From: Octopus vulgaris | Taxonomy: Eukaryota | NCBI GenBank assembly: GCA_951406725.2 | Contig: OX597838.1 | Location: 27,528,001-27,592,000 of the forward strand | Reading direction: 5' to 3' | DNA length: 64,000 bases | In this document: piece after piece, positions 25,331-37,115 of the stretch | How positions within the stretch are numbered: position 1 is the first letter of the stretch | Layout of the letters: every line of letters begins with the position of its first letter | Position numbers and translations under genes: made by a program | The notes under the pieces: generated by a model | Database searches by the model: none | The model's input: the letters and a program-made list of their open reading frames with translations, nothing else | What the model was told of the DNA's origin: nothing

Positions 25331-25769
25331 ATACATAGTAATTTACTAAAGCTGAAAAATCTTCACATACTGTTCCTCTGTTTCAGGTACCTGCTCATTA
25401 GACAGTATACTCATATCTCTCTGATGATTGGTTACACTAAACTCTGAGTAACAACGTAACAATTTCTATCTGGTAGGTACCACAGCTAGGTACATTACAC
25501 AAGGTCTTGTTTCATATGTATATATATATATGTATATCTATGTATGTGTGTTTGACACCCCCCCCCCCATCTCTGCTTGGCAACTGGTGTTGGTGTGTTT
25601 ACATCCCCGAGAGACCGATATAATAAGTACCAAGGTTTTTTTTTTTTTATATATAAGTACCGGGGTCAATTCATTCAATTAAAATTTTTCAAGGCAGTGT
25701 CACAGCATGGCCACAGTCTAATGATTGAAACAAGTAATGGATGTGTGTGTGTGTGTGTGTGTGTGTGTA

Positions 25770-26108
25770 GGTGCATGGCTCAGTGGTTAGAATGTCAGGC
25801 TCTCAATCATGAGGTAGTGAGTTCAATTCTCGGACCAGGATGTGTGTTGTGTTCTTGAGCAAGACACTTTATTTCTCACTTTGCTCCAGTTCACTCAGCT
25901 GTAGAAATGAGTTGCAACATCACCGGTGCCAAGCTGTATCGGCCCCTTTGCCTTTCCCTTGGATAACACTGGTGGCGTGAAGAGGGGAGGCTGGGATGCA
26001 TGGGCGACTGCTGGTCTTCCATAGACAACCTTGTCTGGATTTGTGCCTTGGAGGGGAACTTTCTTGGGGAAATCCAATGGTCATTCATGATTAAAGGTCT
26101 TTACCCTT
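25770..26108 (+). mobile_element. SINE family C (tRNA head plus CORE-like segment)
   Basis: TGGCTCAGTGG A box, GAGTTCAATTC B box, GTGTTCTTGAGCAAGACAC; second copy at 41213. Confidence 0.85.
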
Positions 26109-26826
26109 AATATATGTGTGTAGATAGATAGATAGACAGACAGAGACAGAGAGACAGACAGATATTGTATTGAGGGGTGTCTATTCAAGAGCTGGGGAGA
26201 ACATCTGTTTAGTTGGTTTTTCTCAGTTTCAACTACAAATTCACTTCACTTGCTATCATCACTAATATTTATAAGAACTGTATTGAGCATTACACTCACT
26301 CGTGTTCACAGATCAGAGACTCATTAGTGCATCAAACAAAATTTCCTTGCCATAATAAAGTCGTTCTTAACAGCTTTTACTTTCATTTATATCGATTCTG
26401 GAATTCAAATCTCGTCGGATTCGATTTTGACTGACATTGTTTCATGAATCAATAAACTATGAAACCTAACGCATAAAAGGGTGTTGACTTAGGGACCAAG
26501 AACACCAAGATGACCCCCCACCACCACCACCATCCACTTCTCCCACCCCACCCCCGCCATATTTACAAATGAATGTTGCATAACATCACCGCTGGGTTCG
26601 CACGCTTTGATGTTTCAGCTATTGCTTAACAAACTATAATTCCTTCGTCTTATTTGGTTAGGTAAGACGTTGGAGTGTACATCCTCTACAGCAGGAAGAA
26701 CAGAAAAAGAAGCAGCCCCTTCCCCCATCCCTCTAAAAATTAGCAGAATATGATTTGGGTTAGCATCTTACAGCTGTTTGTAGGGCTACATATATGCATT
26801 GCATATCACTGCTTCATTGTGCCTTG

Positions 26827-26864
<38 letters not shown>

Positions 26865-26868
26865 TGTT

Positions 26869-26915
<47 letters not shown>

Positions 26916-26917
<2 letters not shown>

Positions 26918-27196
26918 TCTTGTTTCAGTCATTTGACTGCGGCCATGCTGGAGCACCGCCTTTAGTCGAGCAAATCGACCCTGGGACTTATTCTTTGTAA
27001 GCCCAGTACTTATTCTATCGGTCTCTTTTGATGAAACCGCTATGTGACGGGGACATAAACACACCAGCATCGGTTGTCAAGCAATGCTAGGGGGACAAAC
27101 ACAGACACACAAACACACACACACATACATATATACGACAGGCTTCTTTCAGTTTCCGTCTACCAAATCCACTCACAAGGCATTGGTTGGCCCGGG
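26916..27196 (-). mobile_element. 5'-truncated SINE family A
   Basis: Matches the family A tail and body. Confidence 0.85.
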
Positions 27197-27460
27197 ATAT
27201 ATATATATATATATATGAGAAATTTATTTATTTATATATGTCTGTATGTTTGTAGTAGAATTAGAAGTAGAAAGCCCTTGGTACAGTAATGTACATTTGA
27301 AAAAAAATGAATATATACGGCTTCTCTGTTCATTTTTCCACACCTAATAATTCATAAACATCTAATTATTAAAGAGGAAGAATTAAGAGAAAAGCCATCG
27401 CTATTCATTTTTTTGAAATATTCATTTTTTTTTTTTTTTGAGTAAAAGTGTAAATATATA

Positions 27461-27610
27461 GGCGCAAGAGTGGTAAGAAGCTTGCTTCCCAACTACCAAG
27501 ATTCCGAGTTCAGTCCCACTGCATGGCACCTTGGGCAAGTGTCTTTTACTATTGCCTCGGGCTGACCAAAGCCTCGTGAGTGGATTTGGTAGACAGAAAC
27601 TGAAAGAAGC

Positions 27611-27653
<43 letters not shown>

Positions 27654-27852
27654 ATATTTGTGTGTCTGTCTGTGTTTGTCCCCCCACCATCGCTTGACAA
27701 CTGATGTTAGTATTTTACGTCCCTGTAACATAGCAAAAGAGACCGATAGAATAAGTACTAGGCTTACAAAGAATAAGTCTTGGGGTTTATTTGTTCGACT
27801 AAAGGTGGTGCTCCAGCATGGCCACAGTCAAATGACTGAAACAAGTAAAAGA
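27461..27852 (+). mobile_element. SINE family A
   Basis: Matches 10639-11017, with a small deletion in the head. Confidence 0.88.
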
Positions 27853-28095
27853 ATGTGTGTGTGTGTTTGTCTGTGTATTGTTGATATCATAAGAAGTTAT
27901 TGTTTTGCGATTGCTTCTTGAAGCACAGACATCATATAGTTATAAATAACATTATATAAATACTGGGTTGAGAAACCCTTTTAAAATCGAAAAACTCAAC
28001 GGCAACCTTTGGCTTTCTCTATCCAAAGGGTTTTTCAACCCGTGCTCCAGGAACCAATTCCAAAACAGAATTTCATACATACATGCATATATATA

Positions 28096-28503
28096 GGCGC
28101 AGGAGTGGCTGTGTGGTAAGTAGCTTGCTTACCAACCACATGGTTCCGGGTTCAGTTCCACTGCATGGCACCTTGGGCAAGTGTTTTCTACTATAGCCTC
28201 GGGCCGACCAAAGCCTTGTGAGTGGATTTGGTAGACGGAAACTGAAAGAAGCCCGTCATATATATGTGTATATATATATGTATGTGTATATGTTTGTGTG
28301 TCTGTGTTTGTCCCCCCAACATCGCTTGACAACCGATGCTGGTGTGTTTGCGTCCCTGTAACTTAGTGGTTTGGCAAAAGACACCAATAGAATAAGTACT
28401 GGGATTACATAAGAATAAGTCCTGGGGTCGATTTGCTCGACTAAAAGGTGGTGCTCCAGCATGGCCACAGTCAAATGACTGAAACAAGTAAAAGAGTAAA
28501 AAA
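28096..28503 (+). mobile_element. Full-length SINE family A
   Basis: Matches 10639-11017. Confidence 0.9.
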
Positions 28504-29137
28504 GTATATAGATATGTTTGTGTATGTATGTATGTATGTATATGTTTAATATATTACATGTATATTTATGTTCGTGCTCACACACACATGCCGTGTGTTC
28601 CCTGCTCATAAAATAACCCTAGATATTCTCAAAATAACCTCAGATATTCTTTTTCAATAATAAACATCTGTTTGAAATAACTTGCCAATTACTGACACCT
28701 CAACCCACGCCATACCCCCCAACCTTACATACAAACTCTCTCTCACACACACACACACACACACATACACACACACACAGATTATTCAATAGAGAATGGA
28801 AAATGGTTTCCAATTTAATTTTCAAGCTTTTTTTTAAAGATTTTTTTTTTTCCTTTTCTGTTTTTTTTTTCTTTTTTAAATATTTTCAATGAAAAATAAA
28901 AAAAAAAATTTTTGAATTTTTGAAACCGACTAAATCACTCAAACAAATTGTAAATTTGACTTCATTTCCAACCCCTTTCCTGCTTCACTGGGGCTGTAGT
29001 TATTGTTATTGTTTTCACCTGTTTGTTTTCCTTAAATCAACAAACTTTATACTTGTATTCACCAAGGTTTAATTAGAAAACGGCTGTTTTTTTCACTGAC
29101 TTTTTTTTTTTAATAAATTTTATTACCTTTAATTTTT

Positions 29138-29468
29138 TTGTTTATTTATAGTCTTTACTCACTCTCCTTTCTTGCTCTTCCTCTCTCTTTTCTCTCCATC
29201 TCTTTCTCTCCCATTTTCTCTTTGTCACTTGATTTTTATCCCTTTCTCTCTTTTTTTTGTTCTCTATATGCTTCTAACCACATCACCCTTCTTTCTTTCT
29301 CATACACACACACACACACTCTGTATTCTCTCCCCCTCTCTACTCTTCTCACACTTGACCTCCCCTTTTCTCTTTCATCATCTCTGTCTTTCTCTCTCTC
29401 TCTCCTCTTCCTCACACATGATCTACCTTTCTTACTCTCACTGTATTCTTGCTTTCATTTTCTCTCTG

Positions 29469-29511
<43 letters not shown>

Positions 29512-29880
29512 TGTACACAATCATCCTATTTCTGTCTCTTTTCCTTATCTCCCTCTTTTTCTCTTTCTTACTCTAACTCCCTTTCATACCATCTCTCTTT
29601 TTCTCTTATACCATCACCACCCTCTCTCACTCTCTCTCTCTCTCACACACACACTCTACATCCTTCTCTGTCTTTCTCACATACCACCCCTCACTTTCTC
29701 TTACCATCCTTCTTTCTTTCTATCCTTCTCTCACACACATTGTCACCCTCTTTCTCCCACACATCCTCTTCCTCTTTCTCCTCACGTATCTTCACCCCCT
29801 CACCCTCTCTCTACATCTCACATCACACATCACTGTCTCACTACTTACTATATCCACTTTTCTATTTTACCAATCATTTT
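29138..29880. repeat. Degenerate (CT)n/(CA)n low-complexity tract
   Basis: Directly visible; source of the 250-300 aa spurious ORFs. Confidence 0.9.
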
Positions 29881-30032
29881 CTCAATATAAAACAAAATGA
29901 AGTGGGGGGGGGGCGACTGAGATTAAGTAACACAAACAAACAAAAAGGCCACTCACAGGTATTTAAATATTTTCTCATTTCTCCCACTTTGCCACCAGCC
30001 TCATTCACCATCACCACCACCACCACTATCCA

Positions 30033-30290
30033 CCTTACCTTTCTCTATTCCTTAACATTCACCACCACTACCGCAACCATCACCAGCTACACCACCATCA
30101 CCCTTACCTTTCTCTATTCACTAACATCCACCACCACCATCATTCACCACCGTCACCACCAGCCTTACCTTTCCCTATTCACTAACATCCACCACCACCA
30201 TCACCATCAACCTTACTTTTCTCTATTCTCTAATATCCACCACCACCACCATCGTCATCAACCTTACCTTTCCCTATTCACTAGCATCTA
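30033..30290. repeat. Five copies of a roughly 27-bp motif separated by variable (CAC)n spacers
   Basis: CCTTACCTTTC(T/C)CTATTCACTAACATC at 30033, 30102, 30163, 30211 and 30262. Confidence 0.9.
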
Positions 30291-31012
30291 TCACCATCAA
30301 ACCATCATTAAATCTGTCAAGTATTTGGTGTTTTGTAAAAATCTTTCTTAAAAGCTTGTGATTCCATCAAGTACGTGACAAGTACAGCAATGTACAGTAG
30401 AGTACAGTGTTATTTAGCTGTTACAACAATAGGGTGAACAGCAGGGGAACCCAGCTATTGGGCTGTGGGCCAGCACCAGGCTATAGATCATTTGATACTG
30501 GGCTGCGCAGAAACAAATTTTTAAATTTTACCATACATATGGTCTTTACTTGCTTTGCTCATTAAACTGAGGCCAGGCTGGGGCAGTGCCTTGGAGAATT
30601 TTTAGTTGAATGAATTGACACCAATACCTTTTTTTTTTTTTTAAACCTAGTACTTCTTCTATGAGTCTCTTTTGTCGAGATGCTAAGATATGGGCATATA
30701 AACACACCAATGCCAGTTGTCAAGCAGTGGTGGGGGGATAAACACACACACAAACACCTATATATGTGATCTTGAAGGGTTTGGTTAAACAAATGAAAGC
30801 GCTAATTAAGAATTATCCAAAATTCTGACTGCCTCCTTCTTCTTAATATACAATATCTGTACTCTCTCACTCTCTCTCTCTAATATATATATATATATAC
30901 ATACACCAGAGTAAGCACATAAATATGAAACAAGGTGAGAAAAAATAGTACTCAAATACCAGAGGTAGAGTAATATGCTTTATTAATAAAGCTGCAAAGA
31001 CATCGCAAAACC

Positions 31013-31048
31013 TGTTACTCAGAGTTTCGTGTTCCTGTTCGTCAGACA
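31013..31048 (-). ncRNA. Hammerhead motif with decayed stem II, in element 30905-31050
   Basis: UGU-CUGACGA-ACAGGAACAC-GAAAC-UCUGA-GUA-ACA; the core is perfect. Confidence 0.6.
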
Positions 31049-31151
31049 CACATATATATAAAGGGAAAGTTTACGAAAATAAACAAAAGACGAAGGCAGG
31101 TGGTGTACAAACAAACAGATGTATTAGTATAGCGCTCAGGAATAGAAAAAG

Positions 31152-31189
31152 TCTTTTACGTTTCGAGCCTACGCTCTTCTACAGAAAGA
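31152..31189 (-). ncRNA. Minimal variant hammerhead motif, in element 31060-31235
   Basis: UCUUU-CUGUAGA-A-GAGC(GUAG)GCUC-GAAAC-GUA-AAAGA. Confidence 0.65.
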
Positions 31190-31374
31190 TACACAGAAAA
31201 AAACAAGGAGAGAAAAAATGTGTCGTAGCTAACGATATATATATGTGTGTGTGTGTATGTATGTATATATATATACATAAGGTTAATCCAAACGGGAAAA
31301 CAGAAAAAACAACAACACATGGAACAATTACAGTATTATTATTATTAGGCGCTCAGGAAAATGGAAGAAGGAGG

Positions 31375-31409
31375 GTATGACGTTTCGAGCGGAGCTCTTC
31401 ATCGGAAAC
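31375..31409 (-). ncRNA. Minimal variant hammerhead motif, in element 31278-31490
   Basis: GUUU-CCGAUGA-A-GAGC(UCC)GCUC-GAAAC-GUC-AUAC. Confidence 0.65.
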
Positions 31410-31494
31410 ATAAGAGAAGGAAGAAAGAAGAAAGAAAGATCCCGATGTGGGCGAAAGAGGGAAAAAAAACGCGACTGGTGTTTACGAAGTACAC

Positions 31495-31527
<33 letters not shown>

Positions 31528-32787
31528 TAGCTACTTTTTCAGTTTCCATCTACCAAATCCACTCTCAAGGCTTTGGTTGCCTGAGGCTATAGTAGAAGAC
31601 ACTTGCCCAAGGTGCCATGCATGTCTAATAATCAAATTATACATTATGCACTTTGTGTTTTGTGAAGCACATGATTTCTCCAGTTCTTGGAAAAACTGTC
31701 TTGCATGAAACCTGCCCTTGGTGCAACGAAGTTTGCAGTTCACTTCAGTACAGTGTTGTTTAGCTACTATGTCAGCCTATAAACCACAAATTCTCCTCAC
31801 CAATTCCACCACCTATTTCTTTACTACCCACAAGGGGCTAAACATAGAGAGGACAAACAAGGACAGACAAACGGATTAAGTTGATTACATCGACCCCAGT
31901 GCGTAACTGGTACTTAATTTATCGACCCCGAAAGGATGAAAGGCAAAGTTGACCTCGGCGGAATTTGAACTCAGAATGTAGCGGTTGACTTCGCCCAGGG
32001 TGCTAACGTTTCTGCCAGCTCACCAATTCCACCACCATCACACCACCACCACCACCACAAACAGCTGTCTTATCTCTGGCTCTATAATTCTCAGTGGTTT
32101 ACCAAACATTACAAGGTTTTCTACCATGTCAGTTAGTCACACTCTGTCAAACTTTACACTTGTAACACTTTCTCTCTCTCTCTCTCTCTCTTTCAACCAA
32201 ACACACAGCAAACAGACACACAGACAGACAATCTTTCTCTGTCTCAATTGCATTCATTGCTAGTTACATTTGTTTTTTTTTTATTTTTTGTTTGCATTGT
32301 TGTTTTTATAAGTACTTTTTTTTGAAGGAAGGCAATAAGGCTCTTTCCTTTCTCCTCAACTTTCTTTTCTCCTCTTTCTTTCTTTTCTTATTATTTTCTT
32401 TGTTTCTTTGGCCTTTTAACATTTTTTTTCTTCTTTTGTCTCATTTTCCTCTCTTCTTCATTTCTTTACAACTTTTTTGTTTTTTCTCTTTTACTTCTCT
32501 TTCTTTCCTTCTCTCTCATTTCTTTTATTTTGTTTCATTGTCCTCTCTCTCTCTCTCTCGTTTTTTCCATTTCTTTTGCTTCCTCTCTGTTTTCTTTCTT
32601 TTACCATTTCCTTTGCACCCCCCCTCTACATTCCCCATGCACTTGTCATCATTACATTTGTACCTCTTACTTTAACTCCCTATCTCTTTTACTCTCTCTC
32701 TCCCTCCCTCTCTCTCTCACTCACCCTCTCTATATACTGTTCAGTGTGACTGGAGAAACCAACCAACCAACCAACAACATGTCAGCT

Positions 32788-32981
32788 ATTCCGCCGAGGA
32801 GTTCAAATTCCGCCGAGGTCGACTAGTTCAAATTCCGCCGAGGTCGACTTTGCCTTTCATCCTTTCGGGGTCGATAAATTAAGTACCAATAACGCACTGG
32901 GGTCGATGTAATCGATTTAATCCCTTTGTCTGTCCTTGTTTGTCTCCTCTATGTTTAGCCCCTTGTGGGTAATAAAGAAAT
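32788..32981 (+). mobile_element. 5'-truncated SINE family B (AATAAA-tail subtype) with stuttered 5' junction
   Basis: ATTCCGCCGAGG occurs three times at the 5' end; the tail is GCCCCTTGTGGGTAATAAAGAAAT. Confidence 0.85.
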
Positions 32982-33596
32982 ATATTATTATTATCCAAAG
33001 CATGTAGGTGTTGCTAATAAGCTAACTTTGAAACCACATAGTTTCAGGTGCAGTTCCATGCTCTGGTGCCATGAGTAGGTCCCTTTTACTATAGGCTGCC
33101 CAAAGCCTTGTGAATGGATCTGGCCAGTGGAGACTGAAATGGAAGTCAGTCATATATTTTTGTTTGTGGGAACATGTTTGGACTAGCTGGAAATGTTAAC
33201 TTGCTTGGGAACAGGTGACAGGAAGAGAATTTGGACCTGGGGCTTCTGTCTCAACAAATCTCATCTGACCCATGCAAGCACAGAAAAAGTGACACTAAAA
33301 TAATGACAGCCACAGTCAAATGACTGAAACATATAAAGACTAAAGAAATATATATATATATATATTATTTTTTGTTGATCTTTCTATCATGGAATAGGAC
33401 ATTTTATATTAAGCCTAGTACTTATTCTATCGGTCTCTTTTGGCTGAACCACTAAGTTACGGAATGTAAACACATCAGCACTAGTTGTCAAGCGGTGTTG
33501 GGGGCACAAATACACATACTCACATTGATGTATATATATATTACGGAGATGTACTTGCATAGCAAGTGACTTAATCTGAGATCGTGTGCTGGAACG

Positions 33597-33740
33597 AAAA
33601 CAATTGCAGCGTGGAAGGTGTTTATAAGCCATTTAAGAAACACACAAAACTGTTAGATTCACTTCAACATTTAAATTTAAATTAAATTAACAGTTTTGTG
33701 TGTTTCTTAAATGGCTTATAAACACCTTCCACGCTACAAT

Positions 33741-33746
<6 letters not shown>
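33597..33746. repeat. 59-bp inverted repeat with 32-nt spacer (1 mismatch)
   Basis: 33597-33655 versus 33688-33746. Confidence 0.95.
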
Positions 33747-33802
<56 letters not shown>

Positions 33803-36749
33803 GCAATGGGCTTCTTTCAGTTTCCATGTACCAAATCCACTCACAAAGCTTTGGTTGGCCCAAGGCTATAGTAGAAGACACCTGCCCAAGGTGCCACACA
33901 GTGAGACTGAACTTGGAACTATGTGGTTAGGAAGCAAGCTTCTTACCACACAGTTTTATATATATATATATATATATATAGTTTTCCATGTGTGTGCAGT
34001 CAGATGTATGACTGCTCCTGGTAAATATACAACAGGTGTTCTCAACCATTCTTTATCTGTGGACCCTTTTCATTACTATTTTATTCTGGTGGGCCCTTTT
34101 AGCCACTTTGTGTTTAAAAACTAGCTTTATAGCAACTGCTTTCAAAATTCCTATTTTGTTTTAAGACCATTTTTTAAGGTCAAATTTATGAGGTTGACTA
34201 TTACATGGGTATTACTTTTGAGGGGCTGAACCCTAACCCTAACTCAGCTTGCCAGCTTTGGTGAAAGCATCCAACCCATGCCAAAATGGACAATGGACAT
34301 TAAATGAAGATGATACACACATGTATGTATGTGTGTGTGTGTGTGTCTGTGTATGCATTCATCTTACTGTCTCCTTGCCTTGACATTGTATGATGGTTGT
34401 AAAGAAGTATCACCATTATATAAATGGTGACCTTCATTTACAATTTTGTGCGACATGTCTGGTCTTAAGGAAATGGGGCCTTGCTCTTGAAAACAGTTTA
34501 GCAATGGGAAGGGTATCCAGCTATAGAAAATCTGCTTCAACAAATTCCATCTGACCCTTGCTAGAATGGAGAAGTGAATGTTAAAACAATGATTATCTAT
34601 CTAACAATATGTGTGTACATGCAAACATGCACCCACTCACACACACACATGCACACATGTTTGCATTCAATACATGTACATGATTTATTCATCTGAAGTT
34701 GATGATTCATTCATTCGCACATTTGCTACTCTGAGCTTCAAACAAAATCCATATTAATTATCTTTCTCGCAGACAGCACCACCATTTCCTTCCATCCCCT
34801 GTTATCACCTCGTTGATACTGTGTACACTGGCACCATTACCAACCTAAATGCCATCACCACCACCACCACCGCCGCCGCCATCATCATTACAGACCTCTT
34901 CACACAGACCTCCCCTGCCATCACTGTTAACCACCACTCTTATCATTGTCACTGTGTTGCAGTCTAAGGAATCACAAATAGCTAAGTCAACCAGCATCAA
35001 AAGACTGGACACAGCTTTGTCGGTTTGTATGTAAGTGGGGAACTGGCTACGGGGTGAGCAGAGAGCAGGAGAAATCTTCAGAGGAAGAGCTCAAATTAAG
35101 CAAATGTTTCAGCCTGTTAGTTCCTGACACCCTCGGTGGGGATCAGACCCACCTAGGTCATGACTCCTAGGTGTCCTCCTGCTGTCTTTGAAATGCTGCC
35201 TTTAGTGGCAGGGTTGAACCCAGAACCTTCAGGTGATCTTATTTCCCCAAACTGTGGTGTGTGTCACTGTCATTTCATTATGAAGATTATCACAGAGCTT
35301 GCACTGTCGGTCTGTTTCAGATTGGGTTACCTTTTTACTATGTTTAGTCAGTAGTTGAGTTATGTAAGTCTTTCTACAACTCATACCCCCACACTGTAAA
35401 CCAATACATTGGTTAGGTACTGCCATCGGTCAAGCACGAGTTCTCCAGCTACCTTACTACTCTTGTCCAGATCCTGATGCAGCCGCTGACTCTCCAGCCC
35501 TCAGTGAAACCATCCAACCCATGCCAGCATGGAAAACAAACATTAAACGATGATGATGATTGTCCATCTACTGTAGTCTTTGCCTGCCTCTTGATCTTTG
35601 TAATGTCCATCATTGTAAAAACCAAGTGGTTCCTACTTTGGATTGTGGCACATTTCCACATTCTGGCCCACTTCTACTTTTTGGCTTATTTCCAAATTCT
35701 GGCCTTTTCCCTACATTCTTGCCTACTTCCATTTTCTGCTCTTGTTCCACATTCTGGTCCATTAATCCTGATCCCATGTTATACATCCTCTGCCTGTTGG
35801 TGTTACTGTTGTTCAGAATCCCTAATAAACCTGAATTAAAAGATGTTCCAGCCAGAGCCACCGCTGTAACTTTCTTGGATATGGTGTATTACCTAATGTA
35901 CCTTTCTTGTAATATGCGATTGGAAGGATGTTTTAGCTGCTATTTCTAACACGTCGGTCACCCACATAGACGCTCGTTTGTTTCAGTATCTACCACCCAC
36001 CCACCTACACACCAGTTGGGTGTCTCGTTAAACTGCAGTAAATCCTAACACAACACCACCTCCACCACCATCATAAATACTGCAGCCACGGTCACTTCAC
36101 CTCCACCAGCCCTGCCCCCACCATTGATCTGATCCCTCCCTTCCTCCCATTGCATCACCTCCTCCTCTTCCTCCTCCTCTGCTGCTACTGTTCTTAAGAC
36201 ACGACCACTTGTTCTGCTTCCCTGTCTTTAGTGCTTCAATTATCTTGTAACTTCTTTACAACATCTTCTATGACTCATTATCATTGTGGACATCAGCAAC
36301 AAGGCTGTGTTGTCTTTTACGGTCATCATCTTCGTCGTCGTCATCATTAATCTTTTTTTGTTTTGATTTTGTTTTTTCCATGACAAAAGAAAATAAAAGA
36401 AATTATTTTCTATAATGGTTTCTATTGTAATTCTAATAATTATGCAACATTTTAATGTTGATGATGTAACATGTGGCGTTTATCATTGAAAAAGTCATCA
36501 AGTGGAATTCGCTCCCTGTTGCTGCTGTTGTGTTGCAGATATGGGGGGAATTCCGTCATCCACTCAATTTTTGCTTTTTTCCAATGGGGAGATAATCGAC
36601 CATTTTAATTTCAGTGCAACTTGTATCCACTGATGGAACACTCTGCAGAGGCCTAGAACTGCAAGAAGCAGAGGCTTGAGTACTATAGGTGGTGGTGGTG
36701 GTAATGGCACAGGGTTTTAGCTGTCACGGGTTACAGGTTTTATTAAATA

Positions 36750-36912
36750 GGCACAGAAGTGACTGTGTGGTAAGTAGCTTGTTTACCAACCACATGGTTC
36801 CAGGTTCAGTCCCACTGCGTGGCACCTTGGGCAAGTGTCTTCTTCTATAGCCTCGAGCCGACCAAAGCCATATGAATGGATTTGGTAGATGGAAACTCAA
36901 AGAAACCTGACG

Positions 36913-36951
<39 letters not shown>

Positions 36952-37115
36952 ATTTGTGTGTCTATGTTTGTCCCCGCAACATCGTTTGACATCTGCTGTT
37001 GGTGTGTTTACATTCCTGTAACTTAGCGGTTCGGCAAAAGAGACCAATAGAAAATGTACTAGGTGCTTCAGCATGGCCACAGTCAAATGACTTAAACAAG
37101 TAAAAAAATAAAAGA
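36750..37115 (+). mobile_element. SINE family A with internal deletion
   Basis: Matches the head, body and tail of family A. Confidence 0.85.

Noticed and set aside
25770-25840. Functional tRNA genes at SINE heads (also 6640-6707 and 46345-46417)
   Set aside because: No proper acceptor stem, and they continue into SINE bodies.
26619-26661. Micro-exon between TTTCAG and GTAAGA
   Set aside because: Stops in all three frames and a weak pyrimidine tract; could only be non-coding, with no other support.
34229-34243. Telomeric (CCCTAA)n
   Set aside because: Only two units; expected by chance.
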